A stretch of DNA of 64,000 nt from Eledone cirrhosa (taxonomy: Eukaryota). Of the stretch, positions 13,701-28,700 are shown piece after piece. The stretch spans positions 398,040,001-398,104,000 of the forward strand of contig OZ024741.1 in NCBI GenBank assembly GCA_964016885.1, given 5' to 3'. The position numbers and the translations under genes are program-made. The notes beneath the pieces are model-generated. The model was given only the letters and a program-made list of their open reading frames with translations, was not told where the DNA came from and did no database searches. Within the stretch, counting starts at the first letter, position 1, and every line of letters begins with the position of its first letter.

Positions 13701-16700
13701 ACAGTTACTTCCCCTGTCACTTCTACTCTCCTCTCACAACCTATTACTTCACAGTTACTTCCCATGTCACTTCTACTCTCCTCTCACAACCTACTACTTT
13801 ACAGTTACTTACCCTGTCACAACCTATTACATTACAGTTACTTCCCCTGTCACTTCTACTCTCCTCTCACAACCTATTACTTTACAGTTACTTCCCCTGT
13901 CACTTCTACTCTCCTCTCACAACCTATTACTTTACAGTTACTTACCCTGTCAGAGCCTATTACATTACAGTTACTTACCCTGTCACAACCTATTACATTA
14001 CAGTTACTTCCCCTGTCACTTCTACTCTCCTCTCACAACCTATTACTTTACAGTTACTTCCCCTGTCACTTCTACTCTCCTCTCACAACCTATTACTTTA
14101 CAGTTACTTACCCTGTCACAGCCTATTACATTACAGTTACTTACCCTGTCACAACCTATTACTTTACAGTTACTTCCCCTGTCACTTCTACTCTCCTCTC
14201 ACAACCTATTACTTTACAGTTACTTACCCTGTCACAACCTATTACATTACAGTTACTTCCCCTGTCACTTCTACTCTCCTCTCACAACCTATTACTTTAC
14301 AGTTACTTCCCCTGTCACTTCTACTCTCCTCTCACAACCTATTACTTTACAGTTACTTACCCTGTCACAGCCTATTACATTACAGTTACTTACCCTGTCA
14401 CAACCTATTACATTACAGTTACTTCCCCTGTCACTTCTACTCTCCTCTCACAACCTATTACTTTACAGTTACTTCCCCTGTCACTTCTACTCTCCTCTCA
14501 CAACCTATTACTTTACAGTTACTTACCCTCTCACAGCCTATTACATTACAGTTACTTACCCCGTCACAACCTATTACATTACAGTTACTTCCGCTGTCAC
14601 TTCTACTCTCCTCTCACAACCTATTACTTTACAGTTACTTCCCCTGTCACTTCTACTCTCCTCTCACAACCTATTACTTTACAGTTACTTACCCTGTCAC
14701 AGCCTATTACATTACAGTTACTTACCCTGTCACGACCTATTACATTACAGTTACTTCCCCTGTCACTTCTACTCTCCTCTCACAACCTATTACTTTACAG
14801 TTACTTACCCTGTCACAGCCTATTACATTACAGTTACTTACCCTGTCACAACCTATTACATTACACTTACTTACCCTGTCACAACCTATTACATTACAGT
14901 TACTTCCCCTGTCACTTCTACTCTCCTCTCACAACCTATTACTTTACAGTTACTTACCCTGTCACAGCCTATTACATTACAGTTACTTACCCTGTCACAA
15001 ACTATTACATTACAGTTACTTCCCCTGTCACTTCTACTCTCCTCTCACAACCTATTACTTTACAGTTACTTACCCTGTCACAGCCTATTACATTACAGTT
15101 ACTTACCCTGTCACAACCTATTACATTATAGTTACTTCCCCTGTCACTTCTACTCTCCTCTCACAACCTATTACTTTACAGTTACTTACCCTGTCACAGC
15201 CTATTACATTACAGTTACTTACCCTGTCACAACCTATTACATTACAGTTACTTCCCCTGTCACTTCTACTCTCCTCTCACAACCTATTACATTACAGTTA
15301 CTTCCCCTGTCACTTCTACTCTCCTCTCACAACCTATTACTTTACAGTTACTTCCCCTGTCACTTCTACTCTCCTCTCACAACCTATTACTTTACAGTTA
15401 CTTCCCCTGTCACTTCTACTCTCCTCTCACAACCTATTACTTTACAGTTACTTACCCTGTCACAGCCTATTACATTACAGTTACTTACCCTGTCACAACC
15501 TATTACATTACAGTTACTTCCCCTGTCACTTCTACTCTCCTCTCACAACCTATTACTTTACAGTTACTTCCCCTGTCACTTCTACTCTCCTCTCACAACC
15601 TATTACTTTACAGTTACTTACCCTGTCACAGCCTATTACATTACAGTTACTTACCCTGTCACAACCTATTACATTACAGTTACTTCCCCTGTCACTTCTA
15701 CTCTCCTCTCATAACCTATTACTTTACAGTTACTTCCCCTGTCACTTCTACTCTCCTCTCACAACCTATTACTTTACAGTTACTTACCCTGTCACAGCCT
15801 ATTACATTACAGTTACTTACCCTGTCACAACCTATTACATTACAGTTACTTCCCCTGTCACTTCTACTCTCCTCTCACAACCTATTACATTACAGTTACT
15901 TCCCCTGTCACTTCTACTTTCCTCTCACAACCTATTACTTTACAGTTACTTCCCCTGTCACTTCTACTCTCCTCTCACAACCTATTACTTTACAGTTACT
16001 TACCCTGTCACAGCCTATTACATTACAGTTACTTACCCTGTCACAACCTATTACATTACAGTTACTTCCCCTGTCACTTCTACTCTCCTCTCACAACCTA
16101 TTACTTTACAGTTACTTCCCCTGTCACTTCTACTCTCCTCTCACAACCTATTACTTTACAGTTACTTACCCTGTAACAGCCTATTACATTACAGTTACTT
16201 ACCCTGTCACAACCTATTACATTACAGTTACTTCCCCTGTCACTGCTACTCTCCTCTCACAAACTATTACTTTACAGTTTCTTACCTTGTCACAGCCTAT
16301 TACATTACAGTTACTTACCCTGTCACAACCTATTACATTACAGTTACTTACCCTGTCACAACCTATTACATTACAGTTACTTCCCCTGTCACTTCTACTC
16401 TCCTCTCACAACCTATTACTTTACAGTTACTTACCCTGTCACAGCCTATTACATTACAGTTACTTACCCTGTCACAACCTATTACATTACAGTTACTTCC
16501 CCTGTCACTTCTACTCTCCTCTCACAACCTATTACTTTACAGTTACTTACCCTGTCACAGCCTATTACATTACAGTTACTTACCCTGTCACAACCTATTA
16601 CATTACAGTTACTTCCTCTGTCACTTCTACTCTCCTCTCACAACCTATTACTTTACAGTTACTTACCCAGTCACAACCTATTACTTTACAGTTACTTCCC

Positions 16701-19700
16701 CTGTCACTTCTACTCTCCTCTCACAACCTATTACTTTACAGTTACTTACCCTGTTACAACCTATTACATTACAGTTACTTCCCCTGTCACTTCTACTCTC
16801 CTCTCACTACCTATTACTTTACAGTTACTTACCCTGTCACAACCTATTACATTACAGTTACTTCCCCTGTCACTTCTACTCTCCTCTCACAACCTATTAC
16901 ATTACAGTTACTTACCCTGTCACAGCCTATTACATTACAGTTACTTCCCCTGTCACTTCTACTTTCCTCTCACAACCTATTACTTTACAGTTACTTCCCC
17001 TGTCACTTCTACTCTCCTCTCACAACCTATTACTTTACAGTTACTTACCCTGTCACAACCTATTACATTACAGTTACTCCCCCTGTCACTTCTACTCTCC
17101 TCTCATAACCTATTACTTTACAGTTACTTCCCCTGTCACTTCTACTCTCCTGTCACAACCTATTACTTTACAGTTACTTACCCTGTCACAGCCTATTACA
17201 TTACAGTTACTTACCCTGTCACAACCTATTACATTACAGTTACTTCCCCTGTCACTTCTACTCTCCTCTCACAACCTATTACTTTACAGTTACTTCCCCT
17301 GTCACTTCTACTCTTCTCTCACAACCTATTACTTTAGAGTTACTTACCCTGTCACAGCCTATTACATTACAGTTACTTACCCTGTCACAACCTATTACTT
17401 TACAGTTACTTCCCCTGTCACTTCTACTCTCCTCTCACAACCTATTACTTTACAGTTACTTACCCTGTCACAACCTATTACATTACAGTTACTTCCCCTG
17501 TCACTTCTACTCTCCTCTCACAACCTATTACTTTACAGTTACTTCCCCTGTCACATCTACTCTCCTCTCACAACCTATTACTTTACAGTTACTTACCCTG
17601 TCACAGCCTATTACATTACAGTTACTTACCCTGTCACAAACTATTACATTACAGTTACTTCCACTGTCACTTCTACTCTCCTCTCACAACCTATTACTTT
17701 ACAGTTACTTCCCCTGTCACTTCTACTCTCCTCTCACAACCTATTACTTTACAGTTACTTACCCTGTCACAACCTATTACATTACAGTTACTTCCCCTGT
17801 CACTGCTACTCTCCTCTCACAACCTATTACTTTACAGTTTCTTACCTTGTCACAGCCTATTACAATACAGTTACTTACCCTGTCACAACCTATTACATTA
17901 CAGTTACTTACCCTGTCACAACCTATTACATTACAGTTACTTCCCCTGTCACTTCTACTCTCCTCTCACAACCTATTACTTTACAGTTACTTACCCTGTC
18001 ACAGCCTATTACATTACAGTTACTTACCCTGTCACAACCTATTACATTACAGTTACTTCCCCTGTCACTTCTACTCTCCTCTCACAACCTATTACTTTAC
18101 AGTTACTTACCCTGTCACAGCCTATTACATTACAGTTACTTACCCTGTCACAACCTATTACATTATAGTTACTTCCCCTGTCACTTCTACTCTCCTCTCA
18201 CAACCTATTACTTTACAGCTACTTACCCTGTCACAGCCTATTACATTACAGTTACTTAACCTGTCACAACCTATTACGTTACAGTTACTTCCCCTGTCAC
18301 TTCTACTCTCATCTCACAACCTATTACATTACAGTTACTTCCCCTGTCACTTCTACTCTCCTCTCACAACCTATTACTTTACAGTTACTTCCCCTGTCAC
18401 TTCTACTCTCCTCTCACAACCTATTACTTTACAGTTACTTACCCTGTCACAGCCTATTACATTACAGTTACTTACCCTGTCACAACCTATTACATTACAG
18501 TTACTTCCCCTGTCACTTCTACTCTCCTCTCACAACCTATTACTTTACAGTTACTTCCCCTGCCACTTCTACTCTCCTCTCACAACCTATTACTTTACAG
18601 TTACTTACCCTGTCACAGCCTATTACATTACAGTTACTTACCCTGTCACAGCCTATTACATTACAGTTACTTACCCTGTCACAACCTATTACATTACAGT
18701 TACTTCCCCTGTCACTTCTACTCTCCTCTCACAGCCTATTACTTTACAGTTACTTCCCCTGTCACTTCTAATCTCCTCTCACAACCTATTACTTTACAGT
18801 TACTTACCCTGTCACAGCCTATTACATTACAGTTACTTACCCTGTCACAACCTATTACATTACAGTTACTTCCCCTGTCACTTCTACTCTCCTCTCACAT
18901 CCTATTACTTTACAGTCACTTCCTCTGTCACTTCTACTCTCCTCTCACAACCTATTACTTTACAGTTACTTACCCTGTCACAGCCTATTACATTACAGTT
19001 ACTTACCCTGTCACAACCTATTACATTACAGTTACTTCCTCTGTCACTTCTACTCTCCTCTCACAACCTATTACTTTACAGTTACTTACCCTGTCACAAC
19101 CTATTACTTTACAGTTACTTCCCCTGTCACTTCTACTCTCCTCTCACAACCTATTACTTTACAGTTACTTACCCTGTTACAACCTATTACATTACAGTTA
19201 CTTCCCCTGTCACTTCTACTCTCCTCTCACTACCTATTACTTTACAGTTACTTACCCTGTCACAACCTATTACATTACAGTTACTTCCCCTGTCACTTCT
19301 ACTCTCCTCTCACAACCTATTACATTACAGTTACTTACCCTGTCACAGCCTATTACATTACAGTTACTTCCCCTGTCACTTCTACTTTCCTCTCACAACC
19401 TATTACTTTACAGTTACTTCCCCTGTCACTTCTACTCTCCTCTCACAACCTATTACTTTACAGTTACTTACCCTGTCACAACCTATTACATTACAGTTAC
19501 TTCCCCTGTCACTTCTACTCTCCTCTCATAACCTATTACTTTACAGTTACTTCCCCTGTCACTTCTACTCTCCTGTCACAACCTATTACTTTACAGTTAC
19601 TTACCCTGTCACAGCCTATTACATTACAGTTACTTACCCTGTCACAACCTATTACATTACAGTTACTTCCCCTGTCACTTCTACTCTCCTCTCACAACCT

Positions 19701-22700
19701 ATTACTTTACAGTTACTTCCCCTGTCACTTCTACTCTTCTCTCACAACCTATTACTTTAGAGTTACTTACCCTGTCACAGCCTATTACATTACAGTTACT
19801 TACCCTGTCACAACCTATTACTTTACAGTTACTTACCCTGTCACAACCTATTACATTACAGTTACTTCCCCTGTCACTTCTACTCTCCTCTCACAACCTA
19901 TTACTTTACAGTTACTTCCCCTGTCACATCTACTCTCCTCTCACAACCTATTACTTTACAGTTACTTACCCTGTCACAGCCTATTACATTACAGTTACTT
20001 ACCCTGTCACAAACTATTACATTACAGTTACTTCCACTGTCACTTCTACTCTCCTCTCACAACCTATTACTTTACAGTTACTTCCCCTGTCACTTCTACT
20101 CTCCTCTCACAACCTATTACTTTACAGTTACTTACCCTGTCACAGCCTATTACATTACAGTTACTTACCCTGTCACAACCTATTACATTACAGTTACTTC
20201 CCCTGTCACTTCTACTCTCCTCTCACAACCTATTACTTTACAGTTACTTCCTCTGTCACTTCTACTCTCCTCTCACAACCTATTACTTTACAGTTACTTA
20301 CCCTGTCACAGCCTATTACATTACAGTTACTTACCCTGTCACAACCTATTACATTACAGTTACTTGCCCTGTCACTTCTACTCTCCTCTCACAACCTATT
20401 ACATTACAGTTACTTCCCCTGTCACTTCTACTCTCCTCTCACAACCTATTACTTTACAGTTACTTCCCCTGTCACTTCTACTCTCCTCTCACAACCTATT
20501 ACTTTACAGTTACTTACCCTGTCACAGCCTATTACATTACAGTTACTTACCCTGTCACAACCTATTACATTACAGTTACTTCCCCTGTCACTTCTACTCT
20601 CCTCTCACAACCTATTACATTACAGTTACTTCCCCTGTCACTTCTACTTTCCTCTCACAACCTATTACTTTACAGTTACTTCCCCTGTCACTTCTACTCT
20701 CCTCTCACAACCTATTACTTTACAGTTACTTACCCTGTCACAGCCTATTACATTACAGTTACTTACCCTGTCACAACCTATTACATTACAGTTACTTCCC
20801 CTGTCACTTCTACTCTCCTCTCACAACCTATTACTTTACAGTTACTTCCCCTGTCACTTCTACTCTCCTCTCACAACCTATTACTTTACAGTTACTTACC
20901 CTGTCACAGCCTATTACATTACAGTTACTTACCCTGTCACAACCTATTACATTACAGTTACTTCCCCTGTCACTTCTACTCTCCTCTCACAACCTATTAC
21001 TTTACAGTTACTTACCCTGTCACAGCCTATTACATTACAGTTACTTACCCTGTCACAACCTATTACATTACAGTTACTTACCCTGTCACAACCTATTACA
21101 TTACAGTTACTTCCCCTGTCACTTCTACTCTCCTCTCACAACCTATTACTTTACAGTTACTTACCATGTCACAGCCTATTACATTACAGTTACTTACCCT
21201 GTCACAACCTATTACATTACAGTTACTTCCCCTGTCACTTCTACTCTCCTCTCACAACCTATTACTTTACAGTTACTTCCCCTGTCACTTCTACTCTCCT
21301 CTCACAACCTATTACTTTACAGATACTTACCCTGTCACAGCCTATTACATTACAGTTACTTACCCTGTCACAACCTATTACATTACAGTTACTTCCCCTG
21401 TCACTTCTACTCTCCTCTCACAACCTATTACTTTACAGTTACTTCCCCTGCCACTTCTACTCTCCTCTCACAACCTATTACTTTACAGTTACTTACCCTG
21501 TCACAGCCTATTACATTACAGTTACATACCCTGTCACAACCTATTACATTACAGTTACTTCCCCTGTCACTTCTACTCTCCTCTCACAACCTATTACTTT
21601 ACAGTTACTTCCCCTGTCACTTCTAATCTCCTCTCACAAACTATTACTTTACAGTTACTTACCCTGTCACAGCCTATTACATTACAGTTACTTACCCTGT
21701 CACAACCTATTACATTACAGTTACTTCCCCTGTCACTTCTACTCTCCTCTCACAACCTATTACTTTACAGTTACTTCCCCTGTCACTTCTACTCTCCTCT
21801 CACAACCTATTACTTTACAGTTACTTCCTCTATCACTTCTACTCTCCTCTCACAACCTATTACTTTACAGTTACTTACCCTGTCACAACCTATTACTTTA
21901 CAGTTACTTCCCCTGTCACTTCTACTCTCCTCTCACAACCTATTACTTTACAGTTACTTACCCTGTCACAACCTATTACATTACAGTTACTTCCCCTGTC
22001 ACTTCTACTCTCCTCTCACAACCTATTACTTTACAGTTACTTACCCTGTTACAACCTATTACATTACAGTTACTTCCCTTGTCACTTCTACTCTCCTCTC
22101 ACAACCTATTACTTTACAGTTACTTCCCCTGTCACTTCTACTCTCCTCTCACAACCTATTAATTTACAGTTACTTACCCTGTCACAACCTATTACATTAC
22201 AGTTACTTCCCCTGTCACTTCTACTCTCCTCTCACAACCTATTACATTACAGTTACTTACCCTGTCACAGCCTATTGCACTACAGTTACTTCCCCTGTCA
22301 CTTCTACTCTCCTCTCACAACCTATTACTTTACAGTTACTTCCCCTGTCACTTCTACTCTCCTCTCACAACCTATTACTTTACAGTTACTTACCCTGTCA
22401 CAACCTATTACATTACAGTTACTTCCCCTGTCACTTCTACTCTCCTCTCACAACCTATTACTTTACACTTACTTACCCTGTCACAACCTATTACATTACA
22501 GTTACTTCCCCTGTCACTTCTACTCTCCTCTCACAACCTATTACTTTACAGTTACTTACCCTGTCACAGCCTATTACATTACAGTTACTTACCCTGTCAC
22601 AACCTATTACATCATAGTTACTTCCCCTGTCACTTCTACTCTCCTCTCACAACCTATTACTTTACAGTTACTTACCCTGTCACAGCCTATTACATTACAG

Positions 22701-25700
22701 TTACTTACCCTGTCACAACCTATTACATTACAGTTACTTCCCCTGTCACTTCTACTCTCCTCTCACAACCTATTACATTACAGTTACTTCCCCTGTCACT
22801 TCTACTCTCCTCTCACAACCTATTACTTTACAGTTACTTCCCCTGTCACTTCTACTCTCCTCTCACAACCTATTACTTTACAGTTACTTCCCCTGTCACT
22901 TCTACTCTCCTCTCACAACCTATTACTTTACAGTTACTTACCCTGTCACAGCCTATTACATTACAGTTACTTACCCTGTCACAACCTATTACATTACAGT
23001 TACTTCCCCTGTCACTTCTACTCTCCTCTCACAACCTATTACTTTACAGTTACTTCCCCTGTCACTTCTACTCTCCTCTCACAACCTATTACTTTACAGT
23101 TACTTACCCTGTCACAGCCTATTACATTACAGTTACTTACCCTGTCACAACCTATTACATTACAGTTACTTCCCCTGTCACTTCTACTCTCCTCTCACAA
23201 CCTATTACTTTACAGTTACTTCCCCTGTCACTTCTACTCTCCTCTCACAACCTATTACTTTACAGTTACTTCCCCTGTCACTTCTACTCTCCTCTCACAA
23301 CCTATTACTTTACAGTTACTTACCCTGTCACAGCCTATTACATTACAGTTACTTACCCTGTCACAACCTATTACATTACAGTTACTTCCCCTGTCACTTC
23401 TACTCTCCTCTCACAACCTATTACTTTACAGTTACTTCCCCTGTCACTTCTACTCTCCTCTCACAACCTATTACTTTACAGTTACTTACCCTGTCACAGC
23501 CTATTACATTACAGTTACTTACCCTGTCACAACCTATTACATTACAGTTACTTCCCCTGTCACTTCTACTCTCCTCTCATAACCTATTACTTTACAGTTA
23601 CTTCCCCTGTCACTTGTACTCTCCTCTCACAACCTATTACTTTACAGTTACTTACCCTGTCACAGCCTATTACATTACAGTTACTTACCCTGTCACAACC
23701 TATTACATTACAGTTACTTCCCCTGTCACTTCTACTCTCCTCTCACAACCTATTACATTACAGTTACTTCCCCTGTCACTTCTACTTTCCTCTCACAACC
23801 TATTACTTTACAGTTACTTCCCCTGTCACTTCTACTCTCCTCTCACAACCTATTACTTTACAGTTACTTACCCTGTCACAGCCTATTACATTACAGTTAC
23901 TTACCCTGTCACAACCTATTACATTACAGTTACTTCCCCTGTCACTTCTACTCTCCTCTCACAACCTATTAATTTACAGTTACTTCCCCTGTCACTTCTA
24001 CTCTCCTCTCACAACCTATTACTTTAGAGTTACTTACCCTGTAACAGCCTATTACATTACAGTTACTTACCCTGTCACAACCTATTACATTACAGTTACT
24101 TCCCCTGTCACTTCTACTCTCCTCTCACAACCTATTACTTTACAGTTACTTACCTTGTCACAGCCTATTACATTACAGTTACTTACCCTGTCACAACCTA
24201 TTACATTACAGTTACTTACCCTGTCACAACCTATTACATTACAGTTACTTCCCCTGTCACTTCTACTCTCCTCTCACAACCTATTACTTTACAGTTACTT
24301 ACCCTGTCACAGCCTATTACATTACAGTTACTTACCCTGTCACAACCTATTACATTACAGTTACTTAACCTGTCACAACCTATTACGTTACAGTTACTTC
24401 CCCTGTCACTTCTACTCTCATCTCACAACCTATTACATTACAGTTACTTCCCCTGTCACTTCTACTCTCCTCTCACAACCTATTACTTTACAGTTACTTC
24501 CCCTGTCACTTCTACTCTCCTCTCACAACCTATTACTTTACAGTTACTTACCCTGTCACAGCCTATTACATTACAGTTACTTACCCTGTCACAACCTATT
24601 ACATTACAGTTACTTCCCCTGTCACTTCTACTCTCCTCTCACAACCTATTACTTTACAGTTACTTCCCCTGCCACTTCTACTCTCCTCTCACAACCTATT
24701 ACTTTACAGTTACTTACCCTGTCACAGCCTATTACATTACAGTTACTTACCCTGTCACAGCCTATTACATTACAGTTACTTACCCTGTCACAACCTATTA
24801 CATTACAGTTACTTCCCCTGTCACTTCTACTCTCCTCTCACAGCCTATTACTTTACAGTTACTTCCCCTGTCACTTCTAATCTCCTCTCACGACCTATTA
24901 CTTTACAGTTACTTACCCTGTCACAGCCTATTACATTACAGTTACTTACCCTGTCACAACCTATTACATTACAGTTACTTCCCCTGTCACTTCTACTCTC
25001 CTCTCACATCCTATTACTTTACAGTCACTTCCTCTGTCACTTCTACTCTCCTCTCACAACCTATTACTTTACAGTTACTTACCCTGTCACAGCCTATTAC
25101 ATTACAGTTACTTACCCTGTCACAACCTATTACATTACAGTTACTTCCTCTGTCACTTCTACTCTCCTCTCACAACCTATTACTTTACAGTTACTTACCC
25201 TGTCACAACCTATTACTTTACAGTTACTTCCCCTGTCACTTCTACTCTCCTCTCACAACCTATTACTTTACAGTTACTTACCCTGTCACAACCTATTACA
25301 TTACAGTTACTTCCCCTGTCACTTCTACTCTCCTCTCACAATCTATTACTTTACAGTTACTTACCCTGTTACAACCTATTACATTACAGTTACTTCCCCT
25401 GTCACTTCTACTCTCCTCTCACAACCTATTACTTTACAGTTACTTACCCTGTCACAACCTATTACATTACAGTTACTTCCCCTGTCACTTCTACTCTCCT
25501 CTCACAACCTATTACATTACAGTTACTTACCCTGTCACAGCCTATTACATTACAGTTACTTCCCCTGTCACTTCTACTTTCCTCTCACAACCTATTACTT
25601 TACAGTTACTTCCCCTGTCACTTCTACTCTCCTCTCACAACCTATTACTTTACAGTTACTTACCCTGTCACAACCTATTACATTACAGTTACTTCCCCTG

Positions 25701-28700
25701 TCACTTCTACTCTCCTCTCATAACCTATTACTTTACAGTTACTTCCCCTGTCACTTCTACTCTCCTGTCACAACCTATTACTTTACAGTTACTTACCCTG
25801 TCACAGCCTATTACATTACAGTTACTTACCCTGTCACAACCTATTACATTACAGTTACTTCCCCTGTCACTTCTACTCTCCTCTCACAACCTATTACTTT
25901 ACAGTTACTTCCCCTGTCACTTCTACTCTTCTCTCACAACGTATTACTTTAGAGTTACTTACCCTGTCACAGCCTATTACATTACAGTTACTTACCCTGT
26001 CACAACCTATTACTTTACAGTTACTTCCCCTGTCACTTCTACTCTCCTCTCACAACCTATTACTTTACAGTTACTTACCCTACCACAACCTATTACATTA
26101 CAGTTACTTCCCCTGTCACTTCTACTCTCCTCTCACAACCTATTACTTTACAGTTACTTACCCTGTCACATCTACTCTCCTCTCACAACCTATTACTTTA
26201 CAGTTACTTACCCTGTCACAGCCTATTACATTACAGTTACTTACCCTGTCACAAACTATTACATAACAGTTACTTCCACTGTCACTTCTACTCTCCTCTC
26301 ACAACCTATTACTTTACAGTTACTTCCCCTGTCACTTCTACTCTCCTCTCACAACCTATTACTTTACAGTTACTTACCCTGTCACAGCCTATTACATTAC
26401 AGTTACTTACCCTGTCACAACCTATTACATTACAGTTACTTCCCCTGTCACTTCTACTCTCCTCTCACAACCTATTACATTACAGTTACTTCCCCTGTCA
26501 CTTCTACTTTCCTCTCACAACCTATTACTTTACAGTTACTTCCCCTGTCACTTCTACTCTCCTCTCACAACCTATTACTTTACAGTTACTTACCCTGTCA
26601 CAGCCTATTACATTACAGTTACTTACCCTGTCACAACCTATTACATTACAGTTACTTCCCCTGTCACTTCTACTCTCCTCTCACAACCTATTACTTTACA
26701 GTTACTTCCTCTGTCACTTCTACTCTCCTCTCACAACCTATTACTTTACAGTTACTGACCCTGTCACAGCCTATTACATTACAGTTACTTACCCTGTCAC
26801 AACCTATTACTTTACAGTTACTTCCCCTGTCACTTCTACTCTCCTCTCACAACCTATTACTTTACAGTTACTTACCCTGTCACAGCCTATTACATTACAG
26901 TTACTTACCCTGTCACAACCTATTACATTACAGTTACTTACCCTGTCACAACCTATTACATTACAGTTACTTCCCCTGTCACTTCTACTCTCCTCTCACA
27001 ACCTATTACTTTACAGTTACTTACCATGTCACAGCCTATTACATTACAGTTACTTACCCTGTCACAACCTATTACATTACAGTTACTTCCCCTGTCACTT
27101 CTACTCTCCTCTCACAACCTATTACTTTACAGTTACTTACCCTGTTACAACCTATTACATTACAGTTACTTACCCTGTCACAACCTATTACATTACAGTT
27201 ACTTCCCCTGTCACTTCTACTCTCCTCTCACAACCTATTACTTTACAGTTACTTCCTCTATCACTTCTACTCTCCTCTCACAACCTATTACTTTACAGTT
27301 ACTTACCCTGTCACAACCTATTACTTTACAGTTACTTCCCCTGTCACTTCTACTCTCCTCTCACAACCTATTACTTTACAGTTACTTACCCTGTCACAAC
27401 CTATTACATTACAGTTACTTCCCCTGTCACTTCTACTCTCCTCTCACAACCTATTACTTTACAGTTACTTACCCTGTTACAACCTATTACATTACAGTTA
27501 CTTCCCTTGTCACTTCTACTCTCCTCTCACAACCTATTACTTTACAGTTACTTCCCCTGTCACTTCTACTCTCCTCTCACAACCTATTAATTTACAGTTA
27601 CTTACCCTGTCACAACCTATTACATTACAGTTACTTCCCCTGTCACTTCTACTCTCCTCTCACAACCTATTACATTACAGTTACTTACCCTGTCACAGCC
27701 TATTACATTACAGTTACTTCCCCTGTCACTTCTACTCTCCTCTCACAACCTATTACTTTACAGTTACTTCCCCTGTCACTTCTACTCTCCTCTCACAACC
27801 TATTACTTTACAGTTACTTACCCTGTCACAAACTATTACATTACAGTTACTTCCCCTGTCACTTCTACTCTCCTCTCACAACCTATTACTTTACAGTTAC
27901 TTCCCCTGTCACTTCTACTCTCCTCTCACAACCTATTACTTTACAGTTACTTACCCTGTCACAGCCTATTACATTACAGTTACTTACCCTGTCACAACCT
28001 ATTACATTACAGTTACTTCCCCTGTCACTTCTACTCTCCTCTCACAACCTATTACTTTACAGTTACTTCCCCTGTCACTTCTACTCTCCTCTCACAACCT
28101 ATTACTTTAGAGTTACTTACCCTGTCACAGCCTATTACATTACAGTTAATTACCCTGTCACAACCTATTACTTTACAGTTACTTCCCCTGTCACTTCTAC
28201 TCTCCTCTCACAACCTATTACTTTACAGTTACTTACCCTGTCACAACCTATTACATTACAGTCACTTCCCCTGTCACTTCTACTCTCCTCTCACAACATA
28301 TTACTTTACAGTTACTTACCCTGTCACAACCTATTACATTACAGTTACTTCCCCTGTCACTTCTACTCTCCTCTCACAACCTATTACTTTACAGTTACTT
28401 ACCCTGTCACAACCTATTACTTTACAGTTACTTCCCCTGTCACTTCTACTCTCCTCTCACAACCTATTACTTTACAGTTACTTACCCTGTCACAACCTAT
28501 TACATTACAGTTACTTCCCTGTCACTTCTACTCTCCTCTCACAACCTATTACTTTACAGTTACTTACCCGGTCACAACCTATTACATTACAGTTACTTCC
28601 CCTGTCACTTCTACTCTCCTCTCACAACCTATTACTTTAGAGTTACTTACCCTGTCACAACCTATTACATTACAGTTACTACCCCTGTCACTTCTACTCT

